DNA of 47,826 bases from an uncultured Fibrobacterales bacterium (lineage in GTDB: Bacteria; Fibrobacterota; Fibrobacteria; Fibrobacterales; CAWVXU01), in contig CAWVXU010000011.1 in assembly GCA_963934255.1 (NCBI GenBank), forward strand, positions 1 to 47,826. Direction: 5' to 3'. The translations under genes and the position numbers were made by a program. The notes under the pieces are model-generated. The model searched no databases. It saw nothing but the letters and a program-made list of their open reading frames with translations, and was not told the origin of the DNA. Shown here piece by piece: positions 36,808 through 46,611 of this stretch; the stretch's first letter is position 1, and every line of letters starts with the position of its first letter.

Positions 36808-37710
36808 TTATCTCTTTCCCATATTCATAAGTGGAATAGGTGATGGAGAGCTTCCATCAATGAAGTAAATTTGAGATGCTGGGTTAAGCGAAATCTTTTT
36901 CATTGCATCAATTGCTTCTAACTGAATATAGGCAGGATTTCGAGCGATAGCTGCATTGATTTTTTGAATCTTGTATGACTCAGCGTCTGCCATTAAACGA
37001 ATCATCTTTGCTTCCTCTTCAGCTGCAAGACGCTCTGCTGTTGCTTGTGCTAATTTTTGTTCTTGCTCTACACTAAATCGAGCAAGCTCTGCTCTTTGTT
37101 CTTCAGCTTGTTGTTGACGACGTTTCTTTTTTTCTACTGCTTGGCGAATCACCTGCGGAAGTTTTACATCACGTATAAGGATTTCTTGAACCATTAAACC
37201 TTTAGGTCCACAATATTCAATCAGGCCATCTCTTAGTTGATCTTGAATTCTCTGTTGAACATCTTTATGGTAAAATTCTTCAGCAGTGTTTACTCCTTTT
37301 GAAATCTCTCTCATCAGTGATCTGAATTTAGGTGTCAAATGAACATTGACCAATTGAGCTGAAGTACCTGTCTCTTGAACAATCGTCCCAGCAAGTTCGC
37401 GAATAATTTTGTATTGGATAGATACATCAAAATTAGTCGTCAACTGATCTTTAGATGGTACTGACATGTCTTTAATTGTGATCGATTTTTGTCTTACATC
37501 AAAAGTATGGAATTTGTATAGTGGGTTGGTGATGTGGAAACCCTCATTCAAAGTCACCTTTGCTTTACCAAAAAGGGTAGCTACTTTAACGTGTCCTGCC
37601 TCGACGGTTTCGATACATTTAAATGCAATGATGAGTGCAAAGATAATTGCAAAAATAGTGATTATCCCTTTTGCTCCGCCTTGTGGGGTATTGAATATTT
37701 TTTCTGTCAT
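36808..37710 (-). CDS. SPFH / prohibitin (band 7) family membrane protein
   Basis: N-terminal TM, VEAGHVKV..LFGK, EGFHITNP, SKDQL, ILIRDVKLP and an Ala/Glu coiled coil. Confidence 0.9.
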   Translation of the reverse strand: MTEKIFNTPQGGAKGIITIFAIIFALIIAFKCIETVEAGHVKVATLFGKAKVTLNEGFHITNPLYKFHTFDVRQKSITIKDMSVPSKDQLTTNFDVSIQYKIIRELAGTIVQETGTSAQLVNVHLTPKFRSLMREISKGVNTAEEFYHKDVQQRIQDQLRDGLIEYCGPKGLMVQEILIRDVKLPQVIRQAVEKKKRRQQQAEEQRAELARFSVEQEQKLAQATAERLAAEEEAKMIRLMADAESYKIQKINAAIARNPAYIQLEAIDAMKKISLNPASQIYFIDGSSPSPIPLMNMGKR

Positions 37711-37741
37711 GATTGTCCTTATGATTGTTGTGTTTTTTCGT

Positions 37742-38689
37742 TTATTGTTTTGATTTAAAGTTGTCTTGGTTCTCTAAGAACCATTGGTAAGTTGATTTTA
37801 TTCCACTACTCAATGAAATGTCTGGAGTCCAACCTAATTTGTGCATTCGCGACGAATCCATTTTTTTCCTTGGCGCACCATCTGGTTTATTTGGATCAAA
37901 AATAATTTGTCCTTCAAATCCCACGACTTCTTGAATAGCCTGAGCTAGATCATGGATGGAAATTTCTTCTTCACTTCCAACATTGATATGCGTTGATTCA
38001 CTATAGTTTTTCATCAGGTAAATGAGTGCATTTGCCAGGTCGTCTACATGTTGAAACTCTCTTAATGGAGTCCCTGTGCCCCAAACAACTACTTCTGATT
38101 CACCCGAAGTTTTTGCTTCATGAAATTTCCTTAGAAGCGCTGGAAGTACATGTGAACTTTGTAAGTCAAAATTATCGTTGGGGCCATAGAGGTTGGTCGG
38201 CATGGCAGCGATATAATCGCAGCCATACTGAGTACGATAATACTCGCACATTTTTAGTCCTGCGATTTTGGCTATAGCGTATGCTTCGTTGGTTTCCTCT
38301 AGCTTTGAGCTTAATAAAGAGGACTCTTGAATCGGTTGTGGTGCAAGCTTTGGATAGATACAGCTTGACCCTAAAAACAAGAGCTTCTTGACACTATTTT
38401 GATATGATGCTTCAATGACGTTGTTTTGAATAGCAAGGTTATCATAGACAAACTCAGCCGGTCGTGTTGCATTAGCTAAGATTCCGCCTACTTTTGCAGC
38501 GGCCAAAAAGACGTATTCAGGTTTTTCAGATTCAAAAAAATCACGAACAGTTTGTTGCTCCCGAAGATCAAGTTCTTGTGAGGATTTGGTGATAATATGA
38601 GAGAAGTCTTGAGAGGTCAAGGAACGGACTATAGCTGAACCGACCATGCCTCTAGCACCTGCTACGAATATTTTTGAATTTTTATCCAT
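37742..38689 (-). CDS. fcl: GDP-L-fucose synthase
   Basis: IFVAGARGMVGSA, AAAKVGGILAN, FLGSSCIYP, YAIAK, PTNLYGPNDNF, WGTGTPLREF. RBS GGAGG before ATG 38689. Confidence 0.95.
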   Translation of the reverse strand: MDKNSKIFVAGARGMVGSAIVRSLTSQDFSHIITKSSQELDLREQQTVRDFFESEKPEYVFLAAAKVGGILANATRPAEFVYDNLAIQNNVIEASYQNSVKKLLFLGSSCIYPKLAPQPIQESSLLSSKLEETNEAYAIAKIAGLKMCEYYRTQYGCDYIAAMPTNLYGPNDNFDLQSSHVLPALLRKFHEAKTSGESEVVVWGTGTPLREFQHVDDLANALIYLMKNYSESTHINVGSEEEISIHDLAQAIQEVVGFEGQIIFDPNKPDGAPRKKMDSSRMHKLGWTPDISLSSGIKSTYQWFLENQDNFKSKQ

Positions 38690-38732
38690 GGTCCCTCCAC
38701 TACTGATTAAATCATACAAAATTTTGAGGTAT

Positions 38733-38764
38733 TAAAAAAGGCTATCCCAGGATGAGATAACCTA
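38733..38764 (-). terminator. Rho-independent terminator after the FKBP gene
   Basis: Minus strand AGGTTATCTCA-TCC-TGGGATAGCCT-TTTTT. Confidence 0.8.
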
Positions 38765-38812
38765 AATTTTAATCACTCAAGTGCTTGTAAAATATTAGAC
38801 GCTGACTGAAAA

Positions 38813-39418
38813 CTATTTGAAGCTGATAAGCTCAACAGTAAAGATCAAAGTTGCGTGTGGAGGAATTGCACCACCAGCACCTTGAGGGCCGTAAGCAAGG
38901 TCAGATGGGATATATAATTTGTATTTGGATCCTACATTCATTAGCTGAAGACCTTCAGTCCAACCTTTGATCACTTGGCCAAGACCAAATGAGATTGTTT
39001 CACCACGTTGGTAAGAAGAATCAAAAACTGTTCCATCAAGAAGTGCACCTTCATAATGAACTTCAACAGTATTTTCAGCTACAGGGCATTCGCCTTCGCC
39101 TTTTTCAAGTACTTCATATTGAAGACCTGACTCTGTTGCAGTGATTTCTTCACGTTGAATATTCTCAGCAAGGAATTTGCTTCCTTCTTCGATGATTCCA
39201 GCTGAAGCAGCAGATTCAATGCGCTCTTGCATTTTACCAATGACGGCACGTGAATCTTCTTGAGACATTAAAGGCTCTTCACCATTAATGATCGTCTGGA
39301 TCCCAGTGATCATCGATGCCATATCAATTTCACCAGCAAGCTGCTGAACTGAACGACCGATATCTAAACCCAGTGCGTATGCTTCTTTTGTATTTTCTTG
39401 TGCAAGAATGTCTGACAT
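38813..39418 (-). CDS. fklB: FKBP-type peptidyl-prolyl cis-trans isomerase with FKBP_N domain (FklB-like)
   Basis: [65 protein letters not shown]. Confidence 0.92.
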   Translation of the reverse strand: MSDILAQENTKEAYALGLDIGRSVQQLAGEIDMASMITGIQTIINGEEPLMSQEDSRAVIGKMQERIESAASAGIIEEGSKFLAENIQREEITATESGLQYEVLEKGEGECPVAENTVEVHYEGALLDGTVFDSSYQRGETISFGLGQVIKGWTEGLQLMNVGSKYKLYIPSDLAYGPQGAGGAIPPHATLIFTVELISFK

Positions 39419-39553
39419 TTTAAAACTTTCGATAATTTGATTTACCTTCGCGAGACCCCTTCGAGTGGGTTCGGATAATGTGGGAAATCAGGTAATTGTT
39501 TCTAACTACAAAGATACAAAAATGAATGGATGTCGGAGGAGTATGGGGCTAGC

Positions 39554-41137
39554 TTAGTATTGATAGGCGATTCTTGTGAGAATTTGGTCGTTATTAGACC
39601 CCCAAGAGGCTTCTAGGTCTATTTGTAGGCCATAGCCTCTCCAGTAAATTTGTGGTCCGACGCTTATTTGTGGGCCGTCTACATTGTGAAGGAAGCGCTT
39701 GAGGTTGGGTTGTATTAGACCTGCTTTTTCGACGCCAAGACGTTCCTCAGTCCCATCCTGAAGATGAGAACCGGCGTCATCACCTTTCCAAAGCCAAAGT
39801 GCTTTTGCACCAATTGACCAATGATTAGCTATTTGATAATATGGATTGACCACTACCGCTTGTGAGTTTGGACCATAAGGGTTCCCAAGTGCCGCTCCTC
39901 CATTAGTAGACTGGGCTGTAAGTGAGTCATAGTGTGTATAGACCCAAGGTTCAACCCTAGAGTATTCTGCGATTAACCCAAGGCTTTTATGTGTTTTGGG
40001 AGATAGATGTATGCCTGCCATCCATGCCCATCGATTTCCCCAGAAATTATCGAAAAGGCTTGATGGTTCTTGCATGTCGTCTAATAAAAACTCTGTATAA
40101 AGCAGGGCCCAACCTGGGAGTTTATAAGTGATGTCAAAAGCCATATTTCCATTATTGTCCTCTTCTACTCCTTGCCCTTTTTCCATAAAAAGTGGGACTA
40201 TAGGAACAAATGCCCAAGGCTCATCTTGATTAAATAAAATTAACTGCTCGGTCATTCCTAGAGTCAAATTAGGGATGACCGACCACTCATATCTATGGGC
40301 ATATATGGTCTTACTATCTCGTCCACGTTGATAGTAACCACCAGTTGATCTGGATAATTTCCCGTAAAGAGTCCATACTCTCACAGGCCCAATTTCACCT
40401 TGATAAAACACATGATTAAATGGCACCGCTTGATAATTGAAGCTCAGATTGAGAAAAACTCCCGGTCCCCAATGAATCGTCTCTCTGCGAAAACCTAATT
40501 TGCCCACTCGAGTATCCAATGTCATGGCTGCACGATACCTTGCGTATGAAACAAACGAAAGGTTGTTACTCAAGTTATCGTTGTCATCGTCTTGAACATC
40601 AATGAACTCCCTATCCCAACTCAGTTCACCTCGATTTAATCCATCCTGTTTGTCATGAGATTCTGAGAATATTCTAGCATCCACCCAAAAGCTTAAATAG
40701 TCTATATGGCCTAAGATAGTCCCCCCATAATTGGTTGAAATCACTTTATCATCGTAGATATCTATGAGTCGATATTCCTCTTCTATAATGGGTCTAAAGC
40801 TCAAGCTTCGACTAGAGTCTTTAAACTGGATGTGTGCATTGTTCTTACAAAAATCAGGCTGGGTTAATTGAGATGATTCATCAGTTGATAAGTTTTCATC
40901 TATGGTTGAAGCTCTGTCTGAACACCAGTCCCAAGAATAGTTCAAATTTTTGTTTTGGTGAATTTGTTGATTTCGTTTTGATACTTCAGGGTTGATCAGA
41001 GCGTCACGAGAGGTATAAGCTTTTTGTGATGGGATAAGGAAATCTTGTGCAAAAGATAAAGAACACAGTATCAATATTATTTTTAAGTGAATCATTGGGT
41101 ATTCAATCTGGCGTGAGTTATCGCAAGTATTATTCAT
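39554..41137 (-). CDS. Capsule-assembly Wzi-family outer-membrane beta-barrel protein
   Basis: Signal-like segment, HWGPG, AHRYEW, DNNGNMAFD, LYTEFLLDD, EYSRVEPWVYTH, LGNPYGPNS, and terminal aromatic YQY. Alternative start 41095. Confidence 0.65.
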   Translation of the reverse strand: MNNTCDNSRQIEYPMIHLKIILILCSLSFAQDFLIPSQKAYTSRDALINPEVSKRNQQIHQNKNLNYSWDWCSDRASTIDENLSTDESSQLTQPDFCKNNAHIQFKDSSRSLSFRPIIEEEYRLIDIYDDKVISTNYGGTILGHIDYLSFWVDARIFSESHDKQDGLNRGELSWDREFIDVQDDDNDNLSNNLSFVSYARYRAAMTLDTRVGKLGFRRETIHWGPGVFLNLSFNYQAVPFNHVFYQGEIGPVRVWTLYGKLSRSTGGYYQRGRDSKTIYAHRYEWSVIPNLTLGMTEQLILFNQDEPWAFVPIVPLFMEKGQGVEEDNNGNMAFDITYKLPGWALLYTEFLLDDMQEPSSLFDNFWGNRWAWMAGIHLSPKTHKSLGLIAEYSRVEPWVYTHYDSLTAQSTNGGAALGNPYGPNSQAVVVNPYYQIANHWSIGAKALWLWKGDDAGSHLQDGTEERLGVEKAGLIQPNLKRFLHNVDGPQISVGPQIYWRGYGLQIDLEASWGSNNDQILTRIAYQY

Positions 41138-42126
41138 AAGTTTTTTATCTTATTTTCATGCGCTTGGTAAGCTGCCCATGTCGTTTGGATTATTGTATTA
41201 ATATCACTATAAGTTGATTCCCAACCAAGTAATTCCAGCGCTAGAGCTGAGCTTGCATAGACCTCTGCTGGGTCACCCGCTCTTCTTGGTTTTATTTGAA
41301 ACGGAATTTCTCTCTGAGTCAACTCTCTAGCTACCTTAATAATTTCTAAAACCGACACACCATTTCCCGTCCCAAGATTCACAGTCAATTGCTTTTTTTT
41401 ATTATTTAAATAGGATAGTGCTTTGTAATGTGCGTCAGCTAGGTCACTCACATGGACATAGTCTCTCACCCCAGTGCCGTCACTTGTCGCATAATCATCA
41501 CCAAATATGTCCAAGTGAGATCGATAACCTAATGCAACTTCCATCACGACTGGGATTAAATTTGATGGGCTTTGTTCAAGTCCTTTTAAATCACCTTCGA
41601 CATCATAACCGGCTGCATTAAAATAACGAAGTTTAGCATAGCAAATCCCTTTGAGTTTACCATACCAATAAAATAAATCTTCTACAGCAGACTTAGTATA
41701 CCCATAAAAATTCTCCGGATCTTTTTGATGTTTTTCATCTATAGGGAGGTATTGAGGGGCACCATAGACTGCAGCTGTTGAACTAAAAACAATGTTCTTA
41801 CAATTTGATTTAACCATAGCATTTAGAATGTTAATTGAGCCAGATAAATTAGCCTGAGAATACTTTTCAGGCTGTATCATTGATTCGCCTGCCGCCTTCA
41901 AGGCTGCCAAATGGATCACTGCATCGAAACTTTCATTTACCATAAAGTGAGTTAATGATTCTTTGTCTTGGATATCTCCCAGGACAAAGTCAACAGATTT
42001 AGGAATATTTGAACGCGACCCAGTTGAAAGATTATCATAGACTGAAACTTCACACTGATGCTTAATCAACTCTTTAACTACATGAGATCCGATGTAGCCT
42101 GCACCACCAATGACTAATACTTTCAT
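41134..42126 (-). CDS. galE: UDP-glucose 4-epimerase
   Basis: VIGGAGYIGSH, KAAGES, FSSTAAVYG, YGYTK, LRYFNAAG, DGTGVRDYVHV, RRAGDP. Confidence 0.95.
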   Translation of the reverse strand: MKVLVIGGAGYIGSHVVKELIKHQCEVSVYDNLSTGSRSNIPKSVDFVLGDIQDKESLTHFMVNESFDAVIHLAALKAAGESMIQPEKYSQANLSGSINILNAMVKSNCKNIVFSSTAAVYGAPQYLPIDEKHQKDPENFYGYTKSAVEDLFYWYGKLKGICYAKLRYFNAAGYDVEGDLKGLEQSPSNLIPVVMEVALGYRSHLDIFGDDYATSDGTGVRDYVHVSDLADAHYKALSYLNNKKKQLTVNLGTGNGVSVLEIIKVARELTQREIPFQIKPRRAGDPAEVYASSALALELLGWESTYSDINTIIQTTWAAYQAHENKIKNL

Positions 42127-42128
42127 AT

Positions 42129-43871
42129 CTAATTTGGTTTATGATTGAATTCGGGAACAATTTTTTTGAGCTGAGCTAATTTATCATCAGAGACAATCAA
42201 CTCTTCAATGTCTTGATTGAGTTGGTCTAAGTCATAATGAGTAGGAGAAGCTACTAAAATTGAATCATAAACAGTTTCTCTTTCAGCATCATTTATGAGA
42301 AGCTCTTCGTAAAGTTTTTCACCAGGCCTGAGTCCAGTATAAATTACTTTTAAATTTGGTTTACCTGATAAGTCAATCATACGCTGTGCAAGATCTGCTA
42401 TTCGAATTGGGTCACCCATATCAAGTATAAAAATCTCACCGCCATTACCCAATGCACCTGCTTGAAGCACTAATGTGCAAGCCTCTGGAATCAGCATGAA
42501 ATAGCGAGTAATATTTGCGTCCGTTACAGTCAGGTCCTTGCCTTCATCAATGAGTTGACGAAACTTAGGAATCACAGAACCGCTCGACCCTAGAACATTA
42601 CCAAAGCGAACAGCCACAATTTTAGTCTTACTTCGGCCATTTGAGTTTTGCGCATATAGCTCACAAATGCGCTTGGTAGTTCCCATCACATTTGTAGGGC
42701 GGACAGCCTTATCTGTAGAAACTAAAACGACCTCATCAACATGATGCTCTATACTCAAGTCAATGACATTTTTGGTGCCCATAATATTGTTCTTTACCGC
42801 GGCTTGGATATTAGCTTCACAAAGTGGAACGTGTTTGTAAGCGGCAGCATGTATGACAATTTGAGGCTTGTATTCTTTAAATACGTCATCTAGTGTATAA
42901 CGATCTCGAACTGAAACCATCACCGGGGTGCACTTTGTACCTTCAACTGAGCTTAGCTCCTCCATCATCATGTACAGGTTGTATTCACTATGGTCAACTA
43001 AAACGACATGGGTTGCTTCAAACTTAATAGACTGTCTTACTAATTCAGAGCCAATGGAGCCCGCAGCACCTGTGACCAAGATAGTTTTTTCTTTAATAAA
43101 TTCTTTAATTGCAGTTGGGTCGAGATCTTTGGGAGTTCTAGCAAGAAGACTTTCAACAGTCAATTCCTGAGTTTGTGCAAAAAATGATTTGGACTCAACA
43201 AGCTCAATAGGGCCTGGAAGTATTCTTATTTCAGGAATAAAGGGAGCTAATTTTTTATATCTCCTTTTTAGAATGTCTTTTTCCATTTGGGTAATAGCAA
43301 TCACCAATAAATCGGGTCTATGTCCCGACTTTAAATAGTGAAGACCCTTGGCAAAAGAAAATATTCTTTTGCCTTCAATACGGCGCTTTTGCTTGTCTTT
43401 AGCGTCATCGATATAAAATAGAACCTGGTAACCACTAGATTCAAGTTCTGAGGTAACACGATCAGCAGCTTGTCCAGCACCATAAATAATGGCTTTTTTC
43501 TTACCCCTAAGTCTGCGTAATTTCCAATATCTATAGCTATATAATGACATAAGTAAAGCAAAATGAAAAAAGACCCACTCAGTCAGGAGAAACCTAAGAC
43601 CTACTTGAAATAATATGACATTTAAAACCAGTGTATAAATAGCCCCAGCAACAAGCCCAGACATCACACTAAGAATTCCCGATTTGGAGCCAGCTCTTGA
43701 CCAGGCAAATGTGTGTGTTTGGAAGACTACAGCACCGACAACAACGCGGACGAGAATAATGAATAAAAGATAAACGACATCAGTCGATCTATTAAAGTTC
43801 CAATTGGCAAAATAAAACGTTGCGGTAGTCAAGGCAATGGTAACAGTTAAATTGTATAGTCTTTTATCCAT
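42129..43871 (-). CDS. pglF: Membrane-bound UDP-GlcNAc 4,6-dehydratase (PglF/CapD/WbpM family)
   Basis: N-terminal TMs, IYGAG, VTGAAGSIGSE, HAAAYKHVP, STDKAVRPTNVMG.TK, RFGNVLGSSGSV, GLRPGEKLYEEL. Confidence 0.92.
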   Translation of the reverse strand: MDKRLYNLTVTIALTTATFYFANWNFNRSTDVVYLLFIILVRVVVGAVVFQTHTFAWSRAGSKSGILSVMSGLVAGAIYTLVLNVILFQVGLRFLLTEWVFFHFALLMSLYSYRYWKLRRLRGKKKAIIYGAGQAADRVTSELESSGYQVLFYIDDAKDKQKRRIEGKRIFSFAKGLHYLKSGHRPDLLVIAITQMEKDILKRRYKKLAPFIPEIRILPGPIELVESKSFFAQTQELTVESLLARTPKDLDPTAIKEFIKEKTILVTGAAGSIGSELVRQSIKFEATHVVLVDHSEYNLYMMMEELSSVEGTKCTPVMVSVRDRYTLDDVFKEYKPQIVIHAAAYKHVPLCEANIQAAVKNNIMGTKNVIDLSIEHHVDEVVLVSTDKAVRPTNVMGTTKRICELYAQNSNGRSKTKIVAVRFGNVLGSSGSVIPKFRQLIDEGKDLTVTDANITRYFMLIPEACTLVLQAGALGNGGEIFILDMGDPIRIADLAQRMIDLSGKPNLKVIYTGLRPGEKLYEELLINDAERETVYDSILVASPTHYDLDQLNQDIEELIVSDDKLAQLKKIVPEFNHKPN

Positions 43872-43878
43872 ACAGATA

Positions 43879-43889
43879 AATATAACAAA
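43879..43889 (-). promoter_or_regulatory. Putative extended -10 promoter (TTTGtTATATT) for a leaderless pglF-galE-wzi transcript
   Basis: Minus strand reads tttgtTATATTtatctgtATG: 7-nt spacer, no SD. Confidence 0.5.
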
Positions 43890-43916
43890 CTGGGCTATGT
43901 ATCGCTAATTAGAGCG

Positions 43917-44465
43917 TTACTTAACCCGGTCTCCTGAGCCTTTGCCAGCAACTGTCTGCAGTATATATGAGAAATACGAAGCAATATTGAGGCTTTGGAG
44001 CATTTTTTCGTCGATTTCAGCCAATAATTTGGGTGTAGACATGTCAATTTCATTGATTTGACCCAAACCAGTAATCCCTGGGCGAACTTGGAATACACCT
44101 CTTGATTCACGCTCTTCAATTAACTCTTCTTGATTAAAAAGGCAGGGTCTTGGTCCAACGAGACTCATATCACCTAAGAGAACGTTCCATAACTGAGGTA
44201 ATTCATCAATCTTAGTCTTGCGAAGAATGTGGCCCAAAGGCGTGATTGAAGCCGAGCTCGCTAAATGACTGGCAACGGACTTCGTCTCAACTGACATAGT
44301 TCTGAATTTGATGAGAGTGAAAGGTTTTTGGTTACGACCGACTCTTTTTTGGAAAAAAACGGGTGACCCTGTATCAAATCGACCAATTATTGTAATAATG
44401 ATCAATAATGGGAATAATATCAATAAACCGAAAAATGCTAGAATAAAATCAATAAGTCTTAACAT
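43917..44465 (-). CDS. Small monotopic phosphoglycosyl transferase (PglC / bacterial sugar transferase family)
   Basis: KFRTM, LRKTKIDELPQLWNVL.GDMSLVGPRP, RPGITGL.Q. Confidence 0.92.
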   Translation of the reverse strand: MLRLIDFILAFFGLLILFPLLIIITIIGRFDTGSPVFFQKRVGRNQKPFTLIKFRTMSVETKSVASHLASSASITPLGHILRKTKIDELPQLWNVLLGDMSLVGPRPCLFNQEELIEERESRGVFQVRPGITGLGQINEIDMSTPKLLAEIDEKMLQSLNIASYFSYILQTVAGKGSGDRVK

Positions 44466-45433
44466 GAACCCTCTTTGGATGGTCTTGAAGATTTTGAAAG
44501 ATAGTAATTGGTAGTTTTTTTCAATATTTCCTCAGTAGAATAAGGCGGCTCCCATCCTAAGAGGTCTTTATTCTTAGAAATATCAACCTCTAATGAAGAG
44601 AAAAGTCTTTGTACCACATCCTTTTTGCTTAGAAGTACACCTGCTATGTTAAACATCCATTGGGGTATTGGGATTAATATCACCTTCTTAGACATTGAAC
44701 TAGCAATAGCCTTTATCAACTCACTAGTCGAGAGACTCTTCGAGTCGGATACTAGAAACTTTTGGCTAACAGCCTTTGGATGTGTAGTACAAGTGATGAC
44801 GAAATCAACTAAGTTGTCAAGCCCGACAACACTTCTTGAATTATTTTTAACAGCACCAAGCGGTATCGGTAGTCCCTTAGATACTAATTTTATTAAAGAT
44901 TTAAAGTTGGCTTTGACACCTGGCCCATAGACCAATGGTGGCCTTATAATCACTATTTCTAATCCTGTTATTTTTGCGAGTTTTAGTAATTCTTCTTCAG
45001 CTTCATATTTTGAGACACCATAAGGATCACTTGGATTGGGTGCATCATCAGCTGTATAGGGTTTATCAAAGGTTTCTTCCCCATTGACTTTGATGGAAGA
45101 AATAAAAACAAACCTTTTCACCCCAGCGTCGGCCGCTTGTTGGGCTAAATTTAAAGTTGCTCTTGTATTTGTCTCCCTAAAAGCTTCTAATGGAGATTCT
45201 GAATCATCATTCATCATATGGACTCGAGCAGCACAGTGTACAACACATTCTACTCCACTAAATACGTTGAGATATTGTGTTGATGAGGAAATTGCATCCA
45301 CCAAAAAACAAGGGTGTTGTTTCAAATCATCTGTGACTCTTCTTGCGATAGTTGAAAGAGGTATCTGTCGCTCGTGTAATTCTCTCATGAGATGTGAACC
45401 CAAAAAACCTGTCGCACCCGTGAGCAAAATCAT
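44459..45433 (-). CDS. NAD-dependent epimerase/4-reductase (WbpV/WbpK-like SDR)
   Basis: LTGATGFLG, HCAARVH.M, ISSIKVNGE, YGVSK, RPPLVYGPGVKANF. Confidence 0.88.
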   Translation of the reverse strand: MILLTGATGFLGSHLMRELHERQIPLSTIARRVTDDLKQHPCFLVDAISSSTQYLNVFSGVECVVHCAARVHMMNDDSESPLEAFRETNTRATLNLAQQAADAGVKRFVFISSIKVNGEETFDKPYTADDAPNPSDPYGVSKYEAEEELLKLAKITGLEIVIIRPPLVYGPGVKANFKSLIKLVSKGLPIPLGAVKNNSRSVVGLDNLVDFVITCTTHPKAVSQKFLVSDSKSLSTSELIKAIASSMSKKVILIPIPQWMFNIAGVLLSKKDVVQRLFSSLEVDISKNKDLLGWEPPYSTEEILKKTTNYYLSKSSRPSKEGSC

Positions 45434-46608
45434 TTGTTATCGCCTAGTTCAAGAATAGATTTAGTCATTAACTTCATAATACTGGATCTAGAATATTGTT
45501 TGATAAACTCATGTCGATCGGTATGTTCTAACTTGAGCTTTTGTACAGCTTGATATGCTTGATCAGCCTGACATGGGTCAAAGGTTTCAGAATTTTCCAC
45601 GTTCCTATTCATGAAGTTCTTGGGATCACCAGCAACCCCCGCCAAGATCGGTTTGCCAATGGCAGCATATTCAAATATTTTTGAAGGCCTCGCTGATAAA
45701 TTAATTTCGTAATCATTTAGATGCAAGAATAGGATGTCTGCTTTTTTGTAGATATCCAACAATTCCACTCTTGTAACTGGATTGTGTAAAACGACATTTG
45801 AAGCTTGTAGTTCAGCAATTGAACTAATTAGTTGTGGCTTTCGACCACCATCTCCATAAATATGGATTTCATATTCTGGACCCAATTTATTTGCAAGCTG
45901 AGGAACAATTTTATTCAACCCTTGGCCTTCACCAATATTGCCAGCATACACAATAGATATAGGAGACTCAACACTATATTCGTCCAGTGATATATCGATA
46001 AACTCATCATCTATACCATTAGTGAAATAGTCAAACTGTTCTGGCTTTTTAAACTGCCTAGCATAGTTTTCAAAGCTTTGAGAAATAAAATTAACTCTTA
46101 CAGCTGAATTGAAAGTCCAAAGCTCAATTCTTTTTAGAATGGGCAATACGAAAAAATTTATTTTTTTAGGGAGAACTTCACGAAGTGTCTCAATGAAAAT
46201 GTCACGTATATCTAAGTATAATTGAGATCCCATTTTCCTTGAAACTCTAGCACCTAGAAATGCCGTAAACAATCTTGAAGACGTAGCCACTACAATGTCA
46301 TATTCAGTCTTGTTGGACTTTAATAATTTCTGAACACCTTTGTAGTAGGCAATAAAAGATTTGATTTGATCCTTCATTCCACTATTGTGCTTAGGAATAG
46401 GAATTCGAAAAACATTTAGATTGTCTTCTGATTCAAAAGATTCTGCTTCTGCAGTAAAAGATGAATACCTATTAGGCATAGTTGTCATCAAATCTACTTG
46501 TATAGATGAATCTCTTTGATTCATTAATTCTTTTATTAATGCTGTGCAACGAAACGATCCCGCACAAAGGTCGGGTTTATAATAAAAAGAAAGAACTAAA
46601 ATTTTCAT
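45430..46608 (-). CDS. GT4 glycosyltransferase
   Basis: FYYKPDLCAGSFR, ATSSRL, DIRDIF, YAGNIGEGQGL, PSKIFEYAA.GKPI. Confidence 0.88.
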   Translation of the reverse strand: MKILVLSFYYKPDLCAGSFRCTALIKELMNQRDSSIQVDLMTTMPNRYSSFTAEAESFESEDNLNVFRIPIPKHNSGMKDQIKSFIAYYKGVQKLLKSNKTEYDIVVATSSRLFTAFLGARVSRKMGSQLYLDIRDIFIETLREVLPKKINFFVLPILKRIELWTFNSAVRVNFISQSFENYARQFKKPEQFDYFTNGIDDEFIDISLDEYSVESPISIVYAGNIGEGQGLNKIVPQLANKLGPEYEIHIYGDGGRKPQLISSIAELQASNVVLHNPVTRVELLDIYKKADILFLHLNDYEINLSARPSKIFEYAAIGKPILAGVAGDPKNFMNRNVENSETFDPCQADQAYQAVQKLKLEHTDRHEFIKQYSRSSIMKLMTKSILELGDNK

Positions 46609-46611
46609 AGT

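Noticed and set aside
43895..44119. 74-aa same-strand alternate-frame ORF in the sugar transferase gene
   Set aside because: No recognisable motif, almost wholly nested in a conserved gene.
3090..45458. Numerous 60-125 aa antisense or nested ORFs in the track (e.g. 3090-3410, 9169-9465, 12922-13221, 34200-34529, 44625-44930, 45084-45458)
   Set aside because: They lie within or opposite well-conserved genes and lack RBS or family motifs.
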